From the NCBI GenBank assembly GCA_038496445.1, contig JALMLS010000368.1:62001-126000 (forward strand): a DNA stretch of 64,000 nucleotides. The letters are read 5' to 3'. Position numbers and translations under genes: made by a program. Every line of letters starts with the position of its first letter. Within the stretch, counting starts at the first letter, position 1. The notes below the pieces were generated by a model that did not search any database, was not told where the DNA came from, and worked only from the letters and a program-made list of their open reading frames with translations. This stretch comes from Trichosphaerium sp. ATCC 40318. Its lineage: Eukaryota; Protista; Tubulinea. Shown piece by piece: positions 25,125 to 38,855 of the stretch.

Positions 25125-27480
25125 CTACAGTAGAAGCGAAAGCATTAAAGAAACAAGAGCCAACGTGAATATTTGTATTGAAGCTGTGCTTGTAGATCCG
25201 AAACCACACTTTGTATTGTCTGTGTTACAGCAACCAATGAACTGTGTATTTTCTACAGCAAGTGGTGATTCATCAGGTGCACAAGTGTTGAGAACATATT
25301 CGATGGTAGCAATTGGTGAGGTACAGTTTTCGTACTGGTATTCGTTGAAACGGATCTACAATAAAGTGTAAGTTTGATTGTTACTTTCGGTGATAGATTT
25401 CAGTACTTTACCTTGTTGTCAGTCATACAAGTGATGGAATAGTGTACTTCACCACCCGAAGTACCTATCTTGTTCGCATTACAAGCGCCTACTTCAATTG
25501 TTTCTTCGCCTTGCTTAGTAATATTGCAGTTGGTATCACCAGTTCCGAAATCTTGCTTCACCAGAGTTATTGGAGCTACTGGTGGGCCAGCTACTGGAAT
25601 TAGAGGACGGTCTGGTAAGTCAGCGAAATCAGGGAGTTCAGGTGCAGGCTCATTGTTTGGAGGCGTATAGCTTCCGCGATAAGAGCGACCAACGGTGAAA
25701 GCATCAAAACCTACAGAAAAGTAAGACTTTGGCTTGTTGAAAGCTTAGTGTTGATTTACCTCCTGAAGATGAAAAAGCTGTAGATAGTTCGAAATCTGCT
25801 AGTGGATCATCAACGCCGAGTTTGGCTAAAGCTGCTGAAATCTGGTCTTGGAAAAACGGAAATTTTGGAACAAGAGAGCCAGCCATTTTTTCGCAAATGA
25901 AGTCATTGCAAGTTGCTGTGTCTGGGCAAATGGATTCTGCGAGTTCGACTAGTACAAACATGAGAATTATGTATGACCTAGTGTATGGAAATCAAGGTGT
26001 ACCAAATGGTTCCAAGTCTTCTTTAATAGCATCAAGTTGAAGAGCTGATTTGACAGCGCTTGGGATACTCAAAGTATTGATAAAGTCAATGATCGCTGGT
26101 CCACATGTACCGATCTTAACAGCGAGATCGCGGAACTCAATAACCCAAGGGACACATACTAATGTAAGCGTTAATAGAAATATTAATTGGGATTGTATTA
26201 CCTGTTGCGAGATCAGAGCATGTCGCAGTTGCAATTGTTACTACTTTTTTTCCATTTACATCTTCGAAAAAGCGAAGAGGATCAGAATCACATGCGTAAC
26301 ATAAAGTACCAGCCTGAGTCTTGTTAGATTATTGTATAGAAAGTTAAAACATACGGCAAAAGCTGATAGTCCAGCAACGCATTTTAATCCGCTTGTGGAT
26401 AGTTTTGCGCTTCCAAGTGCAAACGAACTGATAAAGTCTAGAAAGAAAAAAAAGTAAGGGAACCGAAGAAGGAATGTACTTGAACGTACCTACTGCACAT
26501 GTGCGAACATCTGCTGGGATATCTATATCGGAGACAACTGGTATTTCAATAACAGTACCACCATTCGTTTTGTCAATAAAGTTGTCTAGGACAGTGTTGG
26601 CTTTTGATAAACCTTCCTCGATGAAATTTACTAAAAAGTGTTAGCTTTTATCGAACACTTGATTTTCACGGGTACCTGCAAAGCTCATAATGAACCTGTT
26701 CGCGGAATAGAGACCATTTATGACATTTAAAGTACTATCTTTACAGCACGTTTCGCCACCTGTATTTGGACAAGCAGAAGCAGCTGGCCACTTGAAAACC
26801 ATTAGTAATGTGTTTTAGAATAAAAAATAATACCTCTTGTGGAGCTGAGCGGAACGCTTGTTGGATTACTGATGGAAGAAAGCTGTAATTACAACTTTGT
26901 TCTTGACTGCGTTTTGTGGTTTCTTCCTTTGAAACGATAGTATCCAACGGATCGACGTCAACGTCTACCGATCAACAATAAGAACTCAAAATTAAGAACT
27001 GTAGGATTACGTACAACCATTACAAACACCGCGAATGTTGGTACCAAAGTGATCTCTGGAAGATGGAGTTAGGTTACAGGAACGCTATTGTATGGCAAAC
27101 GTACAAACAAAATGTTCTGTATTGAACAGTGACTGTAGGTTGATCACTACAATCTTCGGTAGAAAATCGCATTGTAATTGTCTAAACAAACAACTTAGTC
27201 ACATCACTTTCTTTACTGACCCAAGCAGAGTACGTACTTTTTGTCCGTGACAATACATCTTATAGTAAGCGCCTAGAAGAGATACACATTTATTCTGGTC
27301 TACTGAAGGAAGTGCTAGACCAGTATTTGCCTTAAGCAATATTGTTATTTTCGGCTTTACATTTGACGGTCTTTAGTGTACCTCGCAAAGACGTGAGTCC
27401 GCTTTGCTTAATAAGATAGTCTGAGATAGTACTAAGGGTACTAGTAACCCTACTACTAGGAAGAGAAGGTGCTGTTGCAT
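25125..27480 (-). CDS. Secreted, probably GPI-anchored Cys-containing surface protein (multi-exon)
   Basis: Signal peptide MQQHLLFLVVGLLVPLVLS, Pro-rich linker, hydrophobic end STSTASIQIFTLALVSLMLSLLL*. Confidence 0.75.
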
Positions 27481-29120
27481 GTTGAGAGACAAGAATTTGA
27501 CGAACTGGCATATTTTTTCAGGAAAATCCTGACTTAACTTGGAAAGCTCTCAGGAAGGCACGTGAGAATGTTTTCGTTACTTCAATCAGTGTTTATATGT
27601 TTTTTTAAGACTATTTTACGAGTGATAAGTCATGTCGGGTATGCATCATGCAAAGATCATTTTTGGTTGGTAGTCCACAAATGTTCATGAAAAATAGCGT
27701 CAAATACGAGGAGCGGAGACTCCTGTACTCTGTTCGTAAATATAGAGGTTTTCGACGTCGTACATGGAAAATTGCAAATAAACGGTAAATCTCGTAATTT
27801 TTTGTAAACTTCATGACCCAACAACTCTTCGGGTTTTTGGTATTTGATACGCTACTGAGTTGGTTGTAAGTGGGTTTTTCCTATTTTTTATAAAATTATT
27901 CTGTGATTAAATACCCAACCCGACCATGTGTCTGCTTTGTTAGAGTATAGTACAATCCTTAAATCAATGTAAACTGTGTCAAACAAATACCTGCATAAAG
28001 TATTGAAATAGTGTGCGGACAAAACTAAACCCGATACTTCTCAATCGTCAAACTACACCAGGCAAGCCAATGAATAGTGCGAGTATGATAAGTATCGTTT
28101 GCATCTGGCACCGTTCTGAAGCCAAGCCCAATAATGGTGCCTGTTGTTTGTTTAAGACATACAACCACACTGTAGTCGTCAGAATCACATGTTCAGAAAA
28201 CAGTAACCACCGACGTGACTGTAGCACTCAAGTTGTTGCTTTCTTCTGGACACCATAATATTGCGTACACCCATAAAATAGTTTTCAGGGTTACATTATA
28301 GTTTGGTTCGTTGGTTTGACAACAGTGGAGTGCGTGATCATTCAATATTAGTTCAAGCCATTGCGTCGAGATATACAAGCCTGACTTGTGCTGGTAAATT
28401 CTAGTATTTGTGAAAGATGACTGTTAACTGTAAGCCCTACAAATCTACACTTTTAAACGGGTTAGCCAATATCGTATTCTTCACTCTACTTTCATTGTGA
28501 TATTGATTCCATAACCTGGGACAAGAGTATAGGATACAGCATTGTCGACATAACGTTTAACAACTTAAAAAGGGTAGTTTCTCACGTGTAACAAAAAGAC
28601 ATCTACCGCTATTACAATCACAAAAATTGTATTTTAGACAGCCAGTAGATGTCATACTAACAACTATCATGTGTATGATAGTAGCCATGTCGAGCGTGAT
28701 GTTATACTACACTTATTCAAAAAGACAAGTCGACTTGTCATTTGCGGATTATCAGCATGGGTGCACCGTCACCTTGTCTTGCAAGTGCTAATCACAATAT
28801 AAACAGATGTAATGTATTTATTTCCTTTGTACATTCGAGAATATATGAAGATGTACAGATATGGTTGTAAGTTAAGAGAAGTAGGCGGTTTTAGATCAAA
28901 AAAAAAAAAAAAAAAAGAAATTCCCTTTTTTTCTTGTTCAAAATCACTACCATGTAGAAAAACCTTATCTACAACTCTTCCTTGTTAGGTATTTGATTAT
29001 CATGTTGGTTTTCGTTGATCTTTGTGGACGTTTCTTTACAAAATGGGCTACGCGATAAGCGTTTCCTTCCCGCGGGCGGTCCAAACCCTTTGCGGTACTG
29101 TATTGAATACTTTAGTAGCC

Positions 29121-29918
29121 TCAGTTTATGTAATTGGGACTCAGCGTAGTGTCCGCTTGTATTATAGGCGTGCATTTCACGCGCCAATCCAATACGCAAG
29201 CAGGTAGTGTTTGTTCCAGTTGTGCAGCATCCGCTGATTGGTCGCTATCGGAAAAACTTAGCGTATCGTAAATTTATAGTGCTCAATAACACCACAAGAG
29301 CGATATGTAGTGATTTCAAAGCGGTTGAGTGCGAAAACGGGAATTGCAGTTGTGTTTTTTCAATAAAAAAATTCTCCTTTGTGGTTCAAAAACGTACCTG
29401 TCGTATAGAGAGTCGCTGGAAGTGAGAAAACTTGATCTTTTGTTTGGTTCTGTTACAACAACTACAGGGGAGTTTAAAAAATCTATTATGTATACTGGTT
29501 CTCCATTTCGTTTCCCATAGAGCACTTTGCGATCCATTAGACGCCTGGTGAAAAAAGTTAGAAAGAGTTGAAGGAAAAATATCGTCAAACGGCGCTTATT
29601 TTATAGAATCTGCTATTAAACACGTTTTACTTACGCTGAGAAGATGCGTTGCCACTTTTGAAGGCCAAACTTAACCCGCGCAGCTGCGATCCATGCAGTA
29701 GCTGCCTCTCTAGCAGTCTTTCCCTCTGCTTGTATCATTGTAAATGGGCAGAAAGCAACTAACGAAGAAGGATGGCTCAAATCGTCCTTTGGTAAGAAAA
29801 ACAATTGACAGTAACGCGGCGTAGCGCCAAGCGGAATTTCGCTCATTTGTTCTAGAGCGCAGTGTAGCTTTTGTTGTACTTTAAAGGCGTTCTTTCTGAT
29901 GTCAGCAATAGTAGTCAT
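29121..29918 (-). CDS. Hypothetical protein with a HicB-like N-terminal motif, 3 exons
   Basis: Exon 1 contains LVAFCPFTMIQAEGKTAREAATAWIAAAR. Phase-consistent splices run to a stop at 29121. Confidence 0.55.
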
Positions 29919-30383
29919 ATTAAGAGAAGTGGTTTCAAGGTTGTATAAGGGTAGAAAATGACCAGGACTTGTATTGAAGGCAGCTAAACAGAAAGAGTTT
30001 CATTCATTGAAATAAAAGAAAAAAGTGTGAAAATCTACGAGCGTCATTATTTTGCCTCGTTGTCTGACTGAGCGTCATGTTACATTCGTGTAAAGTAGAA
30101 ATTTCAAGCGTTTGAGGTAATTCGTTCAAACAAAGTTAAAAATACTCAAAAGGCTTTTATCATGATGCTGGCGCGTTTTTGTTTCATTGCGGACTAGTTT
30201 AAATTTATTAACAACCTTGTTGCTGAACGGTTAACGTCGCAACCATGGTCTCTCTTATTTCCATGGTGAGGCTAATTGGAAAGAACTTTTTGTACGACAG
30301 GTAAAAGAAGCGTCAATGTCGTTGTAGTTCTACACATTTCAAAACGTTTCATCTCCTCAGCAACCAAACACGTACAGTCTTGT

Positions 30384-33300
30384 ATGTATGGAGGTAATGC
30401 AAGCCAGATAGGAGAGATTTATATTGGCAATGTACCGTATGAGGTACAAATAGGCTCTAGATAGTCTGTACTGACTTGTATTGTTGCAGGCAAGCGAGGA
30501 AGAACTTTCATACTTTATTGAAGCATCGTTTTCAGATACAACAGTACTCAGAATCAGGATAAAGACGAAGGGGTATCAACAATACCATTTTAGTCTCTGA
30601 GAGACGAAATACATGATTTTTCTTTGTAGGACCGCTTGCTTCGCTTTTGCTACTGTTACGAACATAAAACCAATACAGCATCATACTGAAAAGTTACTTT
30701 TCCGAAATCGTTGGGTAGGTATTGGTTCAGCATTGATACAAATTCTCTATTTTCTCAGTTTTCTTGATTACTAACAACGTTTTTATAGGTATGGATTAGC
30801 TTATCTAAAGACACAATTAAATCATTAAACACCCCAAAGAAAATATCACCTACTAGGAAGAATGGTTCGAAGGTGACAATGAGCGTGTTATCAATGGCAA
30901 TTGGGAGTATTTCAAGAGCAACTTTTTTTCCTTTAATACGTGTATGGGAAAACACTACTTCGAATCCTACTATGGGAGTCACTAGCAATATTATCTTTAG
31001 TCGTGATGCTATTGAATATGATAACGAGGTTATCAACTTGTTCTTTGAATTTAGAAGCAAAGGAATCCGAAAGATCGAATTCTGTTCCAGAACAGATGAT
31101 TTATTTGATGTATTTCTTCATCTCAAAGCCCATCCTAAAATGATGAGTAAGGTGCATGGAAACAAAAAGCGTATCGACCTGTCTTATTGGGAGAATACAT
31201 ATGGAGGTAGTATTAGTAGCGAGCTTGTTTATTACTGTCTAGCGAAATTGAACTGTGAAGAAACATCGCTTAAAAAATGGGCTGATTGGATAGGTGGGAC
31301 AAAATTGTCAGTTGCAAAAAAACTCAAGTCGTTGCTGCATAAAATACCAAGTGTTGATGGGATATCTGCTTTTGATGAGCAACATTACATTGAGTGGGAA
31401 TACTATGAGATGAGTCATTGTAGTATGCTAGAAAGCTTGCCTTTTGAAGTCAGATTTGCAATTGAAAAGCTGGACACGTGCGGTAATATAAACCTACGTA
31501 CCATAGACGCAGGATTTTTTGAATTGGTGAGCACAAGTATGGAACAGTAAGTCCAATACAATTTGAGTTTTTGGAAGGACAAGAATACTTACAGATTATT
31601 CTTTAAGGAAGAAAAGATTACGAAATGCCTTGCATCAGATGTGGTTAAAAGATTGCTTCTATGATGATCCTGAAGAAGATTTGAGACAGTTGTTGGCATC
31701 AAAGGAGCCGTATGAGTATAATGGAGGTGGTACTTACAGGTAAAAAGAAAAGTATTGATGGCATCTGTTATTCTAATGTTAAGTGTTATTGTTACGCCTC
31801 TAAAGGTGTATCTAACAGGACCACTCTATGAAAAGTCAAATAGAATTCTCCGTAATTATTCAAGACACAAGGACAGGTTTCTGAGATTGTCTCTCGCTGA
31901 TGGTACTCATTTGTTGTAAATATGTTGTAACACTTGTAGAGGATAAAAGTCGAATTACTGGTTGTGATATGTGTACGTATGGTAGTAACGAAACAGACCC
32001 TTATTCACAATAGCACGTGATGTCCAAGATAGATTCAGACATATTTTGAAAAAAGGTAAGTGACTGTTTTGGGGAGATTAAAATTCAAATGATCTTTAAA
32101 GGCATTGATGTTTGCGGCCGTCACTATGAGTTCTTGGCCTTCTCATCCTCTCAACTGAGAGAACAATCATGTTGGATGTTTTCTCCCATAGACAGCATAT
32201 CCGCAGAGAGTATTAGGTCAGATATGGGTAATTTCGAGCATATTAAAATTGTTGGGAAATGTGCTGCAAGGTTATGTATCAGTTTATAACTTTTTTAACT
32301 CATTTGATTTAGAATGGGTCAATGCTTATCTGATACCCGTCGTACAATATCGATACCACATCACTGCGTTCAATACACTGAAGACAAATTTGTTAATGTA
32401 TTGTACCCATCACCAATGTTTCATCCGTGTCTACAATACATGCTTCAGTACTTTGGGATTGTTGATATACCTAAAAAAGTTAAATACAACTATTCTGATG
32501 GCATAGGTGCGTCTGTTACATTAAAAAGCATGTTTTTTATATTCTATTAGGCACTATTAGCGAACTAACAGCTGCAAAAGTAGCATCTAAGATGAGGCTG
32601 AGTAGTATTCCTTCTGCTTTTCAGGTATCGTAATTGTATTTTGTTTTGGGCAAAAGTAATTTTATCAGATACGGTATGGAGGATGCAAGGGTGTTGTTTC
32701 AGTTGATCCAACATTGTTGCATAAGGACCTTTGCATTAGATCTAGTATGCATAAGTTCTATAGCAGCGATACAAATTTAGAAGTATGCAGCTATACAAAA
32801 CCTCATCTGCTCTACCTCAATCGCCAGATTATAAACTTGTTGAGCTTCAGAGGCGTTTCTAATAAAGTGAGATCAGGCAGAATAACGCAGTGGCTTTACT
32901 GACTTGTCAATTAGGTATTATTGGATAAACAGAAACACGTGATAAATATATTGAATGCAGCACTGCTAGACAAGACATGCGCAATATCTTTACTCAATGG
33001 TCAGTCTTGTCAGTACATGTTTTGTAAAAGAGCACTTGAAGCAGGATACGAAGTTCAGGAACCTTTCTTGAATAAAGTGCTATGAGTAATTAGAACAAAG
33101 AAGCTACAGGATCTCAGAAACAAAGCACGGTACACGATTGACAACGTTCGCAAGATAGAGTTAATGTGATGTTAGAATCCCTATTCCTCATAATGAAGGG
33201 AGGCTCCTGATGGGCATAATGGATGAAACAGGATTTCTAGGGCATGGACAAGTTTACATAAACATAACGAGAGATATTCGAGCTTCTAATAAGACCTACA

Positions 33301-34720
33301 TCGCAATTAAAGGTCCAGTAGCTGTAACCAAGAACCCTGCTTTGGCTCCAGGAGATATGAGGGTATTAGAAGCTGTAGGCGACTGTACTTTGTTATCCCA
33401 CTACCGAGACTGTTTGGTTTTCCCATCTAAAGGTATATCAATTTTTTTGCAATGTTTACACCAATAATTAGGCAAGAGACCTCATCCAAGCGAATGTAGT
33501 GGTAGCCTGAATATACGGTTGGGTTTGAATTAAAATGAATTTAGGATCGGACTTGGATGGAGATATGTATGCAGTGTTGTTCAACAATTCAGGGCTAGTC
33601 CCAACGTACCTCTTCTTTTTTACTCCTCAATGTCAGGTTAAAACTTAAACTGTCTAGTTCTCGAAACCCTGAGCCATTGTGTTATGACTCTCCATCAGTC
33701 AATAGGCAATCAGTTACTATTGAGGCAATCTGTGATTTTTTTGTTGATTTTTCGATGAATGAGAACTTGGGCATTATAGCACATGCTCATGTATGTACTG
33801 AAGCTCTCCCTTACCTAACGTTCATAATAGCTTGTTCACACTGACCTTTATGGGTTGTCACATAAGAAGTGCATTCAGCTTGCTAAACTTCATTCAGACG
33901 CAGTTGACTTTGCAAAATCTGGACATCCTGTAACACTGCCGCCAAGTTTAAGGCCTGAAAAGTACCCTCATTACATGCAAAAACCGGATAAAACATCATA
34001 CAAAAGCTATAAAATACTTGGACTACTCTATGACCAGACGACACAAGACAACAATTCTCACTTTATTCAAAGAACCTATGAAATATCCAAACACTTTTTT
34101 TCTTTCACCACCAAAAGTATTTGTCCAGTACCTCTATTGGAATGATTAATCGGTTTTAGTTGAAGGGCATGAAGCAAAGGAGATTACAAAGTTATATGAG
34201 GGCTATCAAAGAGAGTTGTGCTACATTATGAACAGATTTGGATTTAAGCAAGAAGAACAACTTATTGTTGGAGAATTCATTGTCACCCACAACAACCACA
34301 ATTCCAACAAAGCCACTAAATCATCAAAAATAGAATTATCAAAGGTACTGATAGGATAATAGTTTAAATAATTGGAATTAACTGTGTTGTGTAGTGTTTT
34401 GCGAATTTACAAAAAAGAAGCCAAAATCAATTTTGGAAGCCTTTCAACCGTTACCTTCAACCCAACTACTTTCTGCTGCATGAACGCAAAAATATTGGAA
34501 GCCTAGTATGTTGTTGTATAAAGACAAACATACAATATTATTTACTATAACACATAGATATGTCAAAGAGCAAAACTTTTTCTATCAATTGCATATTCGA
34601 AGAAAATCCCTGAGTTTTCCATGGGTTTCTTGTTCACGTGTATTATGTGCAATGAAAAACGATACAAAACTAGAAGATTATATATCTATTTGTAAAATTG
34701 TCAGCTGTATAAATAAATAG
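30384..34720 (+). pseudogene. RDR: Cellular RNA-dependent RNA polymerase (RDR-alpha type with N-terminal RRM), carrying an in-frame stop and 3' lesions
   Basis: IYIGNVP (RRM), SNRILR, YEFLAFSSSQLRE, GQCLS, SDGIG, SAFQIRYGGCKG, LMGIMDETG, KNPALAPGD, CSGSDLDGD, HSDAVDFAKSG, SFPW. TGA at 33083-33085, apparent +1 at 34411-34416, TAG at 34504-34506. Family call is secure, pseudogene status less so. Confidence 0.75.
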
Positions 34721-34978
34721 ACACTTATTTGACCAACTACATGTTGTAATTTAGTTGGATGAAGAGACGCAATCAAAGAATAAAAAGGGCGTAACGTAAA
34801 ATACAGTTTTATATTTTAAGTCACTTGTAACAGTAGTCACTGCTACGCAGGACAAGCATGATCTAGATAGTAACTTATTATGTACTGGTGTTGATATTTT
34901 AACATAAATAGCTACATGTAGGCAGACACTATACAAAATCATGTGCGTTTCAACGAAGTGTTTTAACTAGAAATTATT

Positions 34979-36287
34979 TTATTTAAATGGGAAAGGTGCT
35001 TGTCCAGGAGACTGGTTACTGAATCTGAACATTATGTGCATAGCATTCGTTGTACGTGGATCAGTACCAAGGTATCTTAAGCGAGGATTACTACCAGAAT
35101 CACATTCAATCTTATTTTGAGGCACTGTAGACTGACCATTGAACTTTGAGTCAAAAATGTTAATTGTAACTCTGTTACAGTTTTTAATCCAGATCAAAGA
35201 TCCTGTGCCATACCCACCCCTATTATTGATTTTGCTCTTTACAATATAATGTGGTCCATCTCCCCAAAATCTCAGCGTTCTGTGACCTCTACCGAATGTA
35301 GAAACACGAACAAGTTGAGCTCGTTTAGCTTTACAATCAATAGCAGAATCAGCGTTCCAATCTTGGATTGTCACATCCAATGCATAGAAGTTTGCAGCTC
35401 CATCGAGTACTATACCATCGTAATTGGTTGTTGAATAGCTTCTCCATCTATAAAACAATCAGTACACAAACTCTATACAGTGTCCAAGAAGAAGGAAGCA
35501 TACCTTGGCCAGTTTGGTCTTATGAAAACGTTTGACATCCAAACATTTGTACCAGCAAATTGTTGGGTAGTCAACACACCTCCACCGAAAGCGTCAGTGC
35601 TCCTCAAGTCAACGATCCTGGTGTTAACAACACCCAATTTCCTAGTTTTGGGGTTTTGACGATCATACGCAGCAAATCCGTACTTGCTGTTACGGTTCCT
35701 AAGGGTTTCTTGATTAGGCCTATTTTTTGATGAAAATAAAAGCACGTGACTTACCTTGCATCTTTCACCAAAATGGGAAGTTCAACGTTTTGCCTTGATG
35801 AGAATGAACCAGTTATAGTTGGGAAGTTTCTAAAGTGGTCTATGATCCAAGCACTGCCTCTTAAGGACCTCTTGCCTTTGGATACATATACACTGTTCTC
35901 CAGAGTTACACGAATACTTGAATCTAGTTCTTGTCCATCGAGATATGGTTGTGCGTCCAGAACAATTTCGCTACCAAAAATGCCAGCTGTTTCAAAACAG
36001 TTCGATGCTTTATCGCCTCCACACGCCATGTAGGGAGACTTAGTGTCGGTGTACGTCGTATGGGAGCTGTTAGTCCCTTCTAGAAACACAAAGCGCACTT
36101 CATCGAAAACAATTGAGTCGCTGCGAAACTCTACGTTGAAGCTTCTCAATGAAGATATATCAACGATTTCTCCCAAAGATACATTTGCTTCGAATACAAT
36201 ACCACCATTCGTATCGATAATATCGAGATGACTTGTCCCTATTGCCGCCACTATACAGACAAAGAGGAAAACAAAGCTGTGATGCAT
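34979..36287 (-). CDS. Secreted protein with a probable right-handed beta-helix C-terminal domain, 3 exons
   Basis: Signal peptide MHHSFVFLFVCIVAAIG. Beta-helix-like strands DGIVLDGAANFYALDVTIQDWNADSAIDCKA. Confidence 0.7.
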
Positions 36288-36594
36288 TCTGATCGGGTTT
36301 GTAAGCTTATGACTTGTAAGCTAGCTAGCGCTAGTTCGATACAATGTGAGCATTCAGTATGCTATTGTTTGTGTGCTGTACGCCACTACGGGATGGACGA
36401 ATATCACGTGATGCTATCGAGATTCTAAATACAACGAGTGTACGTTAGTAATTCACAAGCGGGCATACTCAGTGCCAACTAAAACCAATCGAAATCATAA
36501 TTCATGATACTACTCCTTCCCTTTTTTTACTAGTGACATACACGTCTTATAATTTTAGAGCAAAAATATTTAAACTATCTTTTTATTACATAAA

Positions 36595-37719
36595 TTATAC
36601 GATGAGAACGATCACTGCTGCAATTTTGTACAACAGCGTCTTTAGTGAACATGCGTTAGAACTAGTAGCTATTTCTGAAGGCATGGATACAGTTGAAGGT
36701 ATAGACGTTGGCAATGTCCCTGTAGGAGTTGCCATGGTTGGACTTCCTGGAATAGATCCTGAGGTAGGTGAATCTGGTGAAACAGGTGAAGGTGCGTTTG
36801 TAGAAATGCCAGTAGGCGCATCAGGAGAATCTGGAGAAACAGTCGTTGAAGGTATTTGTGTTGTAGGGTGCTCGGTTGTAGGGGCTTCAGTTGTTGGTGC
36901 GTCAGTGGTAGGTGGTGAAGTAGGAGCGATAGTAGTCGGTGGTATTGATGTAGGTTCATACCAAATGACATATTCGGTTGTAGATGTGAGGGTACCAGAA
37001 GGGATTGTGACTCTATTTCGGAAACAAAAGATTAGCCGCCTTTTCAAAAGTGTGACAAAATGAAACGCACGTGAATGATGTAGAATTAAATGATATTGTT
37101 GGTTGCTTTACCCATGTATTCCTTGTTAATGTCATATCTTAATTATAAGAATTAATTGATTTTATAGATTGTGAGGGTGGTGTACTTGTTAACATTGTTG
37201 ATTGCTCAGAAATAAATGTTGCACCAACTACCTGTCTTTCAAGGTTACATACTTGTACATCGGGCATGCAACCTAAAACTCCTGTATCAGGAGGAAACCT
37301 AATAGTGATTCTTGTTTCTGTTATTTCTAGTCTCATTGCTAGAAAGTCCATAAAGTGTAACTCTGCCTAAGATTTGTGAGAACGGCTTTGAAAAAAAAAA
37401 TGAAGTTAATATTCACAGTGGTAAGGCCATAACTCAGTTTTTAACGTACTCCGCCAACTTCTATGTAAGGTAGAGTTCCATTGCCTCCTGCAGCGTAGAT
37501 TTCATCTGTAAATAGGTTGAAACTTCCGCTACTTTGTGCTCTGTAGAATCCGTACGCCACATCTCCATTGGCTATGAGCTACGTTAGATTTAAGGCTTTT
37601 TTCTACTAAACCCGGAGTAAAAAGAGTGTTTAGGTGTTTATACGCGTACTGAATGCATAGACGATGTGTATTGTCGAAACAAGAGCGAAAAACATAGAAT
37701 AGCAGTTAACTCTTTTCAT
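36595..37719 (-). CDS. Secreted mucin-like, probably GPI-anchored surface protein
   Basis: Signal peptide MKRVNCYSMFFALV, a P/T/S-rich stalk (PTTxAPTT repeats) and a hydrophobic C-terminus. Confidence 0.75.
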
Positions 37720-38006
37720 TATAGCCTCAATGTGTGTTGTGTTCGTTGTTGTCAGTAAAGATTATGTACTTGTAGTAGTATACTACAAGAAACGACAGAA
37801 ATTTCACCTAAAATCACTGAAATCGCGCCACTTCTCGATTAGGCACTTTAACAAAAAGTCACGTGTTTTACAGTTATAATTTTTAAAAACTCGTACAAAC
37901 TGGTGCGTAGTTTGAATAAGTTATGTCCAGATCTGTTCGCATATGTCAATAGTTTTTTGTCAAAAACAGTGTTTGAAATAACAATGCTTCTCGAGATCTC
38001 TATTCT

Positions 38007-38855
38007 TTACCACCATGGATTTTTTCTTAGATCGTTTACTTTCTCATTAGGACCCATCCAAAAAGATCCATATCCTCCATCACCAGGAACACCAACTATA
38101 AGAGCAAAGTCATGCGGATAAGGTTCTTTTATAGTTAGAACACCCTGCTCTATCATACGCTGCCAACCCGTCAATGTAGAACGTTTGCTCTCAGCATACT
38201 CGCCACCGTATATCCAAGGAAATCCCTCTTGATAGAAACCCCAAAACGCAACATTTAGAGATCTAAGTGCCTTGACATAAGAGTCGAATACTAGGAAGCC
38301 TATTTTAAAACCTATACTCCCAGATATTGATTGTTTGTTTGATAAATGTGATACTCTTAAATCTGAAGTCACGTGACAAAGAATAATTACGCTGTCTTTG
38401 TTTTTGTCTTGTTCAAAATACTGTTTATCTGCAGTAGAATCTTGTAGTTGTTTACCCCACTTAATTAGACATTGTTGATCACAAGATAATGACCAAGTAC
38501 CGCTTGATTTTTTTTGATGTAAAGAGATAACTGAAAAAAGTTGTTCTTTCGAAAAAACTGTTATCTCTCGAGAAACGTCCTTCATTTTATCTTCCAAGTT
38601 TAGTGGCAACTGCTTGTCTTTTGTAGAGATGTCATTTAGTGTCAAGAAGTCGAGTACAAGCGATAGTAACGAAGGAATATGCTTTCCTGATGCTCTTTGA
38701 ACGTGTACTGTATAACAGCTCGATTTAGCCTTAGTTATCATTTCCACGCCGTTTCTAAACTCTTGACAACCTGTTGGTCCATCTGATGTCGCTATAAGCC
38801 AAAAACCAGGCATTGTACTTCTAATTTGCTTGTAATACCATCCACCCTTCTCCAT
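38007..38855 (-). CDS. Intronless hypothetical protein (282 aa)
   Basis: Long ATG-initiated ORF with globular composition. No family recognised. Confidence 0.7.
   Translation of the reverse strand: MEKGGWYYKQIRSTMPGFWLIATSDGPTGCQEFRNGVEMITKAKSSCYTVHVQRASGKHIPSLLSLVLDFLTLNDISTKDKQLPLNLEDKMKDVSREITVFSKEQLFSVISLHQKKSSGTWSLSCDQQCLIKWGKQLQDSTADKQYFEQDKNKDSVIILCHVTSDLRVSHLSNKQSISGSIGFKIGFLVFDSYVKALRSLNVAFWGFYQEGFPWIYGGEYAESKRSTLTGWQRMIEQGVLTIKEPYPHDFALIVGVPGDGGYGSFWMGPNEKVNDLRKNPWW

Noticed and set aside
27600-28900. Possible gene or element remnant, including the palindrome GACAAGTCGACTTGTC near 28724
   Set aside because: Frames are interrupted by stops, and no TSD or terminal repeats were found.
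33083-33085. Stop-codon reassignment (alternative genetic code)
   Set aside because: Genes here end normally in TGA, TAA and TAG, and Trp is encoded by TGG. Among the well-modelled genes, in-frame stops are confined to the damaged ones.
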